A DNA stretch of 64,000 nt from positions 6,615,929 through 6,679,928 of the forward strand of contig OZ037769.1 of the NCBI GenBank assembly GCA_964035545.1, read 5' to 3'. Positions 53,301-64,000 of this stretch are shown one piece after another. The notes below the pieces were generated by a model. The model ran no database searches, had not been told where the DNA came from, and saw nothing but the letters and a program-made list of their open reading frames with translations. Each line of letters begins with the position of its first letter. The stretch's first letter is position 1. Origin of the DNA: Bugula neritina (Eukaryota; Animalia; Bryozoa). The position numbers and the translations under genes are program-made.

Positions 53301-56300
53301 CCAGTGAAGTAGCACTGATATCAGTACTACTGCTAATAACATTGTAACTTCTTACATTAAGTGTCTTAGCCATGACACTCCTAACATTATCAGCGTATAA
53401 GTAGGCATTATCTCTCTCAGCTTCACTTGGAATGTATACAGGTAGAAACTCCATTTCAATTGTTGTCCACAACTTACACAGAGTTAACCAGAATAGGACA
53501 CCTACCCCGGCACCCTCCCACGCCCAAGTCACTGTGTCCTACAATAAATCATGCATTCAACAAAATATATACATTGTATCGTAAAGAATAACATATAAGT
53601 ATATAGATGACATATATTCCATGTAATATTATATGTAAACCTCTGTTATAGACATCCGTCTACCATGATGTTTAGAGGCTCATAGACAGCGTAAATAAAC
53701 TTTATTTATTATAAAAAGTAAGCTATTGTAAACGAAAATAATAAAACTTCACATATTTTAAATCCACCACATGACAATCAGAAATCAATAAAATATCTTT
53801 AAGCTGTTATACTATAATTGCAGGCAGGTATGTTCTAATTGCCTACACAAGATATGTGAGGTCAACTACACCTAGAACAGGATACAGCTAATATAATATA
53901 TGAAGTACAGTTACCCAAGCATCAGGGTATCGTATAACCACTGGCTGAACAGGCATTCCAGGTATGAATGCTCCAGGTTTGAAGGTAATCAGTACTTGTC
54001 TGTTGGTGGTCGTGCCTTCGGGGAATAGTATGAGTTGTGGCCAAACACCCTCTGACTGGACACGCGTCTTCAACTCGTCAATAACTTTCTGACGCGAAGC
54101 TTTATCTCTACGTACAACGGCCACCGTCTGTGTCAGTCTGAACACAACTGCATATAAGCAAATACAAGCAGACATTAGACTACTGGGTTTCATCAACAGG
54201 ATACTGCGTTTTTGTTGTGAGAAAATTCGCGTATTTAAGCTCATGCAAGTTTCTATTTAAAATTCAAATCTGATGAGCAGCTTAATAAGAATGTTTCTTC
54301 TTAGACAATTCTAAACGTTCCACTTCAGAGCTGTGACGCAAAAATTTCAAGAGCTCAAATTTTAAAATAGTCTATAAATTTTGTTTTGAGACATGGGCTG
54401 AAATAATCACGAGAACACACATGTAACTTCTTTTGCTACATCTTCATCTAAAGCACAGATTTTTCTTTAATTTCTCCATTGCTGCACTTGCTTGCAAAAT
54501 GCAGATAGTCCTTAAAAACAGCATTCTCTGCACTGATGACAATTTATCTCACCATTTTTAGTAGCCTACTATAAAATGCTTTGAAATGTTCACACCATGA
54601 TTGCTTTACTCAAACTCGTTTCACACCAGGACAGCATACTTCCTACTAGCGGGATAGACATGTTTTCAGCCCGAGACACTGCGTAAGGAACGTCATCCAT
54701 AGCCAGGCCACACCCCACGTCAAAGAAAGAAGAGTGGGGAGCGAGGACAATTGTGGGGGCATCTTTCCTGCCAGCTACTTCCCCAATAATTCTCCGATGG
54801 AAACCAAACATGAAGTAGGACGCGCGACACCAGAATAATACAACTGAATGTATACTCCTATCAAAGAAAAGCTAGTGATTGTTACTAAGCATTTAATAAT
54901 TATAACTTTTGCAAAAACAACATACTAAAAATCTCAAGAATGACTACTCATATAATATTAGTTAAAAACCTGCCCAACTATGAAATTAGGTGCACATACC
55001 TCCTCCAACCAGAAAGAGGAACTGTTGCTAAAGTTTCTGGGCTAAGTCCTGCTAAGGATATAGAGCCAAAGACCCAGGCCATAAGAAAGCAGAATACTGA
55101 AAGAATGACTCTGATGACAGGTATAAGCAACACTGTAGCTATGGCAACCTAGTAAACAGATGAATGAACTTTACTGTAATAGCTGATTGTGTGTTAGCCT
55201 GGTCAATATGTATTATACATGACACACAATGTCGATAACTCGTGTCAACTAGTCAAAATGCGGTAATATTTGCATTATCTTATTAACCACACAGGTTACT
55301 GACTAGAAAGTACATTAATATAAGCACCATTAGTTCCACAAACCAATAAATTGCAAAACTAGACATTTATTTCTTGTAAATAAGTTTTTTTTTACAATAA
55401 ATTGCTTATAACTAAAACTATTAAAGTGTGATTGTGATAATGAAAACTTGAAAAAATCTCCCAAGCAAACTCATCTGAAAGTTGAGGTTAAACCTCATTA
55501 AGCTTCTGATTGGTTGTTTACTCAAGTGTATTGCATTTTATAGTTAAGCCTCAAAAATGTGCAAAAACAATTTCAAAATTGGCATATAAAAACTTTAGCA
55601 AATTTTACTTCTGTTTCCCAATTGAATCCTGCATAAATATCATTTGGTCACACCTTAGATATGATGTGGTCATGTTGCTATGAATATGCTCAGCTTACTT
55701 CCTGATGCACTTCCAAAATCTAAATCATATGATCACTTCTGTGTATGACACAAGTGAGGACATAGATTTCTAATGAAGCTGATGCCATCTCATCCAAGAA
55801 ATTTGAACCAAATAAACGTAATATGTATGGTAGGGGCCAGCCCATTTACTATTAAAAGAACTGAGAGAGCATTGCATTATTTTTCCATGCTATTATTATG
55901 TATTTAATGCAACACTCTCTCCGGGCTAATGTGGCTACGTTCTAGGACTAATGTACAAGTTCAAGGTGGTTTTTCATTTAAAATTATTTCATCCATTCAT
56001 TCTACTTGAAAATGAATATAGTGACACGATCAAATTCACTTGTCTTCGGATTTTCACAGGCGAAATTGCAAATTTGCAAGTAGCCTAATAACTTGTTGCA
56101 AGTGAAAATTAGCAAAAAATAATATTGATAAGTACCTGGAATCCACCAAATAGTTATAAAATAGATTGCAAACTTCGATTCTATAAATGAATAAATAAAG
56201 AAAATATTAAAAATGATTGAACTTTGCTGCTTCTGTAATGTTAAAGGGAGTTTGTGTATTATAGTTGTCTTTTTAAATAAACCAACCGCTGGTAGAAACT

Positions 56301-56697
56301 GTTGAAATGTTCTGTTTAATGAAAGTTACCTTAGTTTCCGTGGCATTTATGATAAACATTTTTCTTCAAATAAGTCATGTTTTTATTGGTGATAAAATAC
56401 TCAAGTTGGCAGATGCTTTTTTAAATGCAATTCAAAGTTACTCAGAACTTTCCTGAAAATAAGTGTCGGTGTTACTATTTAATAACTGAGTAAAATTAAA
56501 TTACTATAAAATCTCAAAGTAATTCAGCATTGCTATCTGAAGTATAAGCTATTGTTCATCTATTGGCATAGCAGATTTAAGTCATAAGTGTCCCTTACCT
56601 GAATCTTTCTGTACCAGGGAAACTTCAGGCGATATATAAATGGATTAGCCACTTTAGGAGCAAAAAGTGATCTGGTTCGAAGAAAAGGAGGCGGCAT
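50314..56697 (-). CDS. LPCAT: Lysophosphatidylcholine acyltransferase 1/2-like with C-terminal EF-hands, ~539 aa, 10 exons: 56599-56697, 55000-55148, 54640-54857, 53915-54147, 53356-53538, 52861-52976, 51710-51866, 51478-51597, 50763-50883, 50314-50537
   Basis: NPF N-terminus, TM segment, APHSSFFD (HX4D), FPEGTTTN, FKPGAFIPG.PVQPV, DTVTWAW, TDHTFEDC, EF-hands DRDGSGNIDFRE and DKDGDGYVSQSE. Total 1620 nt with consistent phases. Confidence 0.95.
51879..52325. mobile_element. Intronic MITE, Harbinger-like
   Basis: TAA|AGTTGCCTTTATACCT ... AGGTATAAACGCAACT|TAA. Confidence 0.65.
53110..53340. repeat. Degenerate (TAG/TAC)n simple repeat
   Basis: Visible in an LPCAT intron. Confidence 0.8.
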
Positions 56698-57417
56698 GCT
56701 TACAATTGCCAAAACTATCCTTCAACAAAACAGTGCCAGAATCATTTTAACAAGCATGTATATTAGCACAAGCTATAGCTCATCTTTCAGTTACTTTTAC
56801 GCTTACTACTATTACTATTAGTGTCAAAATAAGCAACACTATAAGTACAAATATTGCTGTTACTATGATAAATTGTTACCAATGGTGAAACTTTGTAAAT
56901 GTAAAATTCAATTTCAGTTTGAATATTGTTTCAATACTTGAGACTACAAACTAAGCTCAAGCTTTTAGAAACCAAAAATTGAAACGAAGATTAAATTCAT
57001 TGCAAAGATGAAGATGCCCCCAGCAACAGTGACAATCACAATATAAGACTGAGTGACAAGTACAGAATTGAAACAAAACTCACAATCACAATGGCAACAG
57101 CAGTCAGTACAAGTCACGCTGACACTCATTCACATTGTCATTGCAATTGTCACCATCACTATGACTATCACTATGGCTATCAGCATCATTAACAGTATGA
57201 TATATCTGACTCAGTATCTCTATAATTGTTATTATAAGTATACATTACTGTTACTATGATTACTAGAAGTATGACTACTATGACTATCACTATCAATGAT
57301 AGTATCAGTATCAGACTCAGTATGTAGTAATACTAATAGAAATACTAAATGCAATAGTAAGTCAAAGTGTAACTGCAAGTGATAGTAAATGCTAATGTAA
57401 TACTAATACTAAGAGTG

Positions 57418-58075
57418 CCTGTCGATACCTGTCGATGTTATTTCCACACTGGACCTCCCTAGAGGGAAGAAGGGGTGTGCCTCATATAAAAAACTAAGTT
57501 GTCAGTATTTGGACAGTAATCTAAAAAGTGTTAACATTCTTGTGCAGATTAACTTAACAGGCTAACTAGCCTGTCTGTGTGTGATCAGTGCTGATCCTCA
57601 TATCTCTTATTGTTCTTGGGAGAAAACTATAAAGATACCCATTCTTGTTTGCTCTCACTGATCTGGGAAATCCTGCAACCTGAGACCGAGTCTGTACAGT
57701 GCTTGTGGTCCGCTGATCTAGAAAATCATCATAGGCAGCACTTAGAGTTGGATGTAGTTCTTCCTTAGACAATATTTTTAGGAGAAGGCTGATGCGTCGG
57801 TTTTTCCTTCTTAAATCAAGCGGCTCCAAACATAGCTTTTTCATCTCCTCCCCAATATCAGTTCTTCCTTTGCTGCTAGAGATAAAACGCACAGCATCTG
57901 TTTGAACATTCTCCATTATACTTATATGATTTTTGCTAGATGGGTCCCAGGCTGCACTGGCATATTCCAAGTGTGGGAGACAGAGGGCTTTGTAGGCAAT
58001 AAGCTTTGCTCTCTTGGGGGCCCAGTAGAGTGCACGTTTTATCATACCTAACTGCCGTTTTGCAACAAGAACCTT
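57418..58075 (-). mobile_element. 5'-truncated CR1/L2-group LINE (ORF2 C-terminus + 3' UTR)
   Basis: ORF 57566-58045: KLIAYKALCLPHLEYASAAWDP..ENVQ..AVRFI..L..RR..SFLPRTIRD; short tandem tail ATCGACAGGT ATCGACAGGC. Confidence 0.85.
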
Positions 58076-58445
58076 TTTTAGGATGTGTTGGTCAAATTTA
58101 CAGTAATAGTAATAGATTTAGATTTTCAATTTTATTTTTCTTTTAGGTGGTCTTGTGATACTCAAAGTTTGAGTCAAAGTCATTGTCAGACTCAAAATGA
58201 AAGTCAATCTCACAGTGACGGTCTCAGTCTGAGTACTCACTATCGGAATCTCACACTCAATGCTCATACTCATACTGATACTGGTCCACTAACTGGTAGT
58301 GATACTCATACTGATAGCGATAGTGATACTGGTACTTGAAGTTAGTAATACGCTGACTCCTACTGATAGTAATAGTCACAGTGATAGTCATACATCAACT
58401 GCAAGTGTAACAGTACTACCGTAGTACCGGTCTACTAGTAGAGTA

Positions 58446-58652
58446 TCAGTACTACTACTACTACCACTGCCACTACCACTGCCACTACCACTACTACTAC
58501 CAGTACCACTACTACTAGTACTACTACTAGTACTACTACTAGTACTAGTACTACTACTAGTACTAGTACTACTACTAGTACTAGTACTACTACTAGTACT
58601 AGTACTAGTACTACTACTAGTACTACTAGTACTAGTAGTAGTACTACTAGTA
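58446..58652. repeat. (TAC/TAG)n microsatellite
   Basis: Directly visible; similar tract at ~59810-60040. Confidence 0.92.
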
Positions 58653-61600
58653 CAAGTATTTCTAACTTTTGACTCACCAAATCCCAAACAAAGAATTGAG
58701 TGAACAAAGTCTTGAGTTCGAAAGCAAACTTTATCACATAAAAAGGCGTTAGCTTTGCACTAACTTTCACTTTGGCAGTTACACGAAATCAACTTCAGGT
58801 CACTGCGATTAACTTTAACCGACAGTCCGATGGAAGTTATGAAATGATGAATGTTACAATATCCGAGTTGTCTCATCTCTATGTAACCTTGTATTTAAAA
58901 CATTGTTTTCGCACGGTTGCTAACAAAACAAACTGCAAGTTTAAATTATGTTATTTTATTATAAAATAAAAAAATCATTAACAAAATTTGTTTTTGTTTT
59001 AAAAAAAAACACTTGCAAACTCAGCAACAATATGTTACTTTACGTAACTATGCCTTATGTTACTAAGGAAAACTACGCGTCTCATGCCTACAATCAACAT
59101 TGAACATTTACATAGTGATAGTAAATATCTTTATATTATAATAAAAATTATTAATGCAATTATTCATTTGACATGGACCTGATTCAATCTTGTATAGGTA
59201 TAAGTAATAAATTTTTTTGCACTGGAGATGTTAGTTATAAAATACACAGAAATGCGGATAAAAAATCAAAGGTTCATTACATTTGTGTCGTTCCAGCTCA
59301 AAGTCAAAATGTAAAACTAAAAAAAGTAAAAGATCGACATCAAGATGAAGATGGTCTAAATTTCAAACTCAAAGGTAGAAAGGTATAGAGAAACGTTATC
59401 CATTAGAATAAAAATTCAAATATCAATAAAAATTATTAATATTGTTAGTATTTGATATAACTATAACGTCAAGATGACCAACGAAAAGTCATAATCATAA
59501 TGATAATCTTAATCTATGAAACTAAGAGTAAGTATAACATTTGCATTGGGTGATTGAGTTTGACTATGACAGTAGGGGTATAAATATCATTCTAATTCAT
59601 ACTGATACTGATAGTCACTATGAATATGAATTAGTATATGAGCATCATATTCAATATCAATATATATGAAATTGAGTATAATTATATTTAATATTATGAA
59701 ATTGAATCATCAGTTTAAATAGAAAATTCAAATTCAAATCCAAATGTCGATGGTATTGATACCAACCAATCATTATTAATATGGCAATTGCCAGTGGTCA
59801 AGTAATAACTCACCTACTGACTACTACTGGTACTACTACTACTACTACTACTCCCACTAGTACTATTACTAGTAGGCATAATACTAATAGTAATAGTATT
59901 AGTAGACAATAACATAATAGTACCAGTAGATGTAGTAATAGTAATACCAGTAGACTCACTAGTACTTGTGGAACTACTAGTACTACTATTAATAGTTTTT
60001 GTAGCAAACTAGTACTAACTTTAAGTACTAATGCTAATGAGAATACTAGAAATTCATGTACACAAATATTAATTTCAAATTTAACAATGACATTGAAGCC
60101 ACTCTCAATCACCCCAAGTTTTGCCTTTCTATTTTTGCTAAAAAAATAGTTGGATAGTACATGTCAAAGCTCTTATTTTTACAATGAGATACAAATTTCC
60201 ATATCCGATATAAAGTTTTAATCCAATCACTATGTTGTTAAAGACATGGATGCAATGCTTCATTTACACCAGTATACTTTTATTAAAAATGCTATAAAAA
60301 GCACTCATATTTATAATTTTAGAAGGCTACATAGTATCAGATTTTATCAACTTTTTATTCGTTTCTCAGAGTACAGATGATGAAGCTCACATACTTTCCC
60401 AGAAGTACCACAACATAGGTTTACTTACAAAAAGTGTGACTTTTGAGCGAAACTGTTTTGCGATTGAGTTGGTAAAGAGTTGTGCTTTGTCTTGGATTCT
60501 TCACAAATTTCAACAAACGTTTGATAGCTCAATACAGGTGAATATTCTTGCTGTTGTACATGATTTTTATCTTCATATTCTGGTTATAAGAATTTGCAAT
60601 GAAGATTGGATTGTTCATTTTATAGCACTTATTTGTAGTTTTAAATGGCATTTACATATTTGAACTATATCATGCAATTAAATCATGCAGTTTGTTTTGT
60701 GCAGTTTCACTTTTAAAGTTAAAATATAATTTTTGGTATTTTTGTAGTTTTAGCTAAAGTAACACTGCTTACTTACATTCATGTAGTATTAACGTATGCA
60801 AGAATATGTATTATTTTATCTCTGTTTATTACATATAACTGCTGCAGTACACATATTTCCATTAGTTTGAAACACATACATGCTTCTAAGAGAGATAAGA
60901 AATGTGGCTGCCCTGCTACAGATATCAAAAATCAAAATGGCTGCCTACTGAAAAACAATAGTTTAAATAATCTGTTTTCAATAATGACAAGCTTTAAATC
61001 ACATTATTTTAATGAGCATGTAGGTCAGTTCTGTCAGTGGTAAAATATTTATCTTAATAATGCTTGCTTAATGATTATTCATCTACCATTATTTTAATAA
61101 TTGCAGGTACATGTTATAGACTAATTATGTTACAATCAGTATACAGCATCTGTACATAAAAGGCATGATACAATCTATTTGCAAGGGTAGACAATTCTAA
61201 AAAGGGTTTAATTTGGTAGCTAAATCGTTTCTTCAAATTTCAATACTGTATAAGTGCAATTAGGCAACCCTGCTTTAAATAACATGAATTATCCAATGCA
61301 ATGTTACATAAACAATACAATAAATTGTTTTTAGGAGAAATTTGCATCATCTCCTCAGAGTGTGGGAGATGTGGGAAATGATGCCTGCTATTATGTTCTC
61401 CCCTCTTCATTGTATACAAAGGAGCGCTCATCCATAGACTCGCTAAGGCAGCTTATACTATCTCAACATTTGCTCAAACTTTTACAGCGCCATTTTTCAG
61501 GGTTTGTATACTGACAGTTAATTTATAGAAATAAATGCCGCTCCCACTGGTGAAGCATCAAATGTTGGCCATTTTCATAAACATCATTAGGCATTTTATT

Positions 61601-62244
61601 TAGTTGTTTTACGTAACCTTTTTAACTATGAGCTTTTATAGAAATTAAAATAAAGTATTACAAAATTTAATTTAATTGTAAATTACATGAATGGATCATT
61701 TTAGAACTCTATTCTGGTTTATATCAAAACTGTTTGATAGATAGCATTATACTTTGTTGCTGAAAATTCATTACATTCACTGGTGTTTATGAGGTTGGAA
61801 TTGGTATTTAGCTGTAATAAAACTGAGTTCTACATCTAGTAGTAAAATGAGTAGCTATGAACTATAAAATATTTTTATTCAGTATTGAGCCACCAGCAAA
61901 GCATGCTTCATTTATTCACCTCTTTTATTCTCTTGCAGAGTTAATAGAAAGGTAAGGTTTGGGTTTTTTCAATTGCATAAATTGTACAAGTGTACTTTTA
62001 ATGAGCAAAGATGATGTTCAAGTAGAACAATGCTCTAAAGTTGAATTCATTTGCAGTTTTTCACCGCCATCTCTCCTTTATGATTCTGATGTACTCATTG
62101 AGGAGTTGATTAGCCGCTGTATAAATGGCTGTGAGCCTACAGTGGAACTAGATGATTCAGCATTTGTATCTCAACTCTTGAACCTTTCATTTGTGGAACC
62201 AATCAGTAAATATTATATTTAATTCATAAATGTTATGTTAAATG

Positions 62245-62680
62245 TATTAGTTAATATATAAAACTGTATAATTAGTTAATATTTAAAACTGCATAATTAG
62301 TTAGTATAAAAAACTGTATAATTAATTAGTATAAAAAACTGTATAATTAGTTAATATATAAAACTGTATAATTTGTTAGTATAAAAAACTTTATAATTAG
62401 TTGGTATATAAAACTGCATTAGTTAGTATATATAACTGTATTAGTATATAGAATTGTATAATTAGTTAATATATATAACTGCATTAGTTAGTATATATTA
62501 TGACTGTATTAGTTAGTATATATAATTGTATTAGTTAGTATAACTAATTGTATTAGTATATAAAACTGTATAATTAGTTAGTATATATAATTGTATTAGT
62601 ATATAAAACTGTATAATTAGTTAATATATATAACTGCATTAGTTGGTATATATGACTGTATTAGTTAGTATATATAAGTA
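62245..62680. repeat. ~20-25-bp AT-rich minisatellite (TTAGTTAATATATAAAACTGTATAA)n
   Basis: Visible tandem units. Confidence 0.9.
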
Positions 62681-63040
62681 GTAGAGTGGAAACATTTGGT
62701 ACCCACTTTAACACAGCATAGCCCTATTACTCCTTGAAGTTTTTGCTCCTCCTGCGTTTGAGTAGGAGCAGTGGTGTAACTTAGGGGAGGGGGGTTAGTA
62801 TGACAGTGGTGTAAGTTAGAGTAACTCCTTTAATTTATTTTATAACTTAGTTATTTACACTCTATTTTTATTTTATTAAAAGCAAATTATACTTATATAA
62901 TTTCATGATTTTGTGACATTTAATTTTCAAGGGTTAAGAACAATTCTCAAGAAGTAAATTTATTTATTTATTGGAAATAAATTTATTTGTTTATAAAAAT
63001 TAGTGTTAAATACATAAGTAAATGGTGATCAACGTGCACC

Positions 63041-63544
63041 TAATATATTATTTTATGGACACTTTTTAGAGGAAAATTCATATTTGACAAAAATTGATCA
63101 TTTATAAATTCACACACAATATGATCTCGCTCAAGATTTGATTCACATACCAAAAACAGTTTTCTAATATACAACACTGAATATCCTCTCACTCTAAGAA
63201 AAAGTTATATTAAACAATATTGGCCACATACAAATGATGAACATTGTAAAACTGAAGTATTAAATATTACAGGAGCTGATGATAATAAGCATACTTTTTT
63301 TCATAAAAGCAACAGTTGAAGGTTTAAGGCCATACAGGTCAAAATATTCTGCACAGTTAGTAGAGTGAATTTATATTGCTACCCAGTAACTTCCAGCCTC
63401 ATTAAATGGATCATATTTAATTATAATGCAAGATGGGCAAGAAAATTTGACTAAATGAAATAGTACATTGGAAGAACTTTTGCAAAAATGACTTGAAGTA
63501 AATGGATCAGATTGTAGAATTTTCTTCAATTGGGTAGTATTTAT
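63041..63544 (-). pseudogene. Polinton/Maverick adenain-like cysteine protease, decayed
   Basis: Reverse translation INTTQLKKIL..CIIIKYDPFNEAGSYWVAI*..EYFDLYGLKP..FNTSVLQ..VCGQYCL; stops, a frameshift, and Tyr at the expected catalytic His. Confidence 0.75.
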
Positions 63545-64000
63545 GTTATGGATGCTCTTGTAACCACGCGTGTTTTATTAATGCTTATCAAGTCATCACT
63601 TTCTGTATAAACGAGAACGTTAGCTGTGTCTGTAACAGCTTCACGAAATGTTAGGTCAAGTGTTGTTGTACTGTGTCTAAGTGAATTCCTTCACCGTGAC
63701 ATTGATCGGGTGTGTTGTCAAAAGCGAAAAGACACAGACTTTCCATGAATTCTTCTTTTGAAATACAGTTGCCTTCAGTGAACGTCTTGTCGCAGACTGA
63801 CATAGAGTTATGGTATGCACGGGAATAGATATCTTTATTGAATACCATTGAACTGGGTTGCCTATTCATGGTGAGGTTAATCGAAGAAATATAATATTAA
63901 ATCTGAATGGAGAGTGATGGTATGATCCATTTTTTGCTGCATGACTTAGAAGTCCTATAATAATTATATTGGCTTCTTGTTTGTTGTGCAAAATATGAAT
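63541..64000 (-). pseudogene. Polinton/Maverick major capsid protein C-terminal part, decayed; continues beyond the window
   Basis: IIIGLLSHAAKNGSYHHSPFRF / YSRAY..CISKEEF..LFAFDNTPDQC / LTFREAVTDTANVLVYTESDDLISINKTRVV across two frameshifts. Confidence 0.75.

Noticed and set aside
58388-58770. S/T-rich and poly-V/L ORFs (also 53076-53342, 59810-60112)
   Set aside because: Translations of (TAC/TAG)n simple repeats.

Overview
AT-rich, intron-containing animal (invertebrate-like) genomic DNA; the species cannot be determined from the sequence. Five spliced host genes were assembled by hand with GT-AG junctions and consistent phases: a CHST-family carbohydrate sulfotransferase (-), INO80B (-), a PAN/apple + F-type lectin protein (+), an IFI27/ISG12-family protein (+) and an LPCAT1/2-type acyltransferase with EF-hands (-). 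The centre holds two adjacent minus-strand Ty3/Gypsy LTR retrotransposons, both with a tRNA-Leu primer site. The first (31524-38979) looks very young: its 305-bp LTRs appear identical. It has a candidate -1 frameshift signal with a hairpin or pseudoknot. It also has an extra third ORF that is not env-like and instead resembles a nuclear regulator (acidic N-terminus, two zinc fingers, PxVxL motif, basic patch, coiled coil); this is the best candidate for an undescribed system here. The second (39087-43608) is a decayed Mag-like element. Also present are a tRNA-derived SINE family (5 copies), RTE and CR1/L2 LINE fragments, several MITE/foldback elements, a decayed Polinton capsid + protease remnant at the right edge, an array of duplicated splice donors in an INO80B intron, and many micro/minisatellites. 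All calls were made by eye without searches; repeat boundaries may be off by a few bases.
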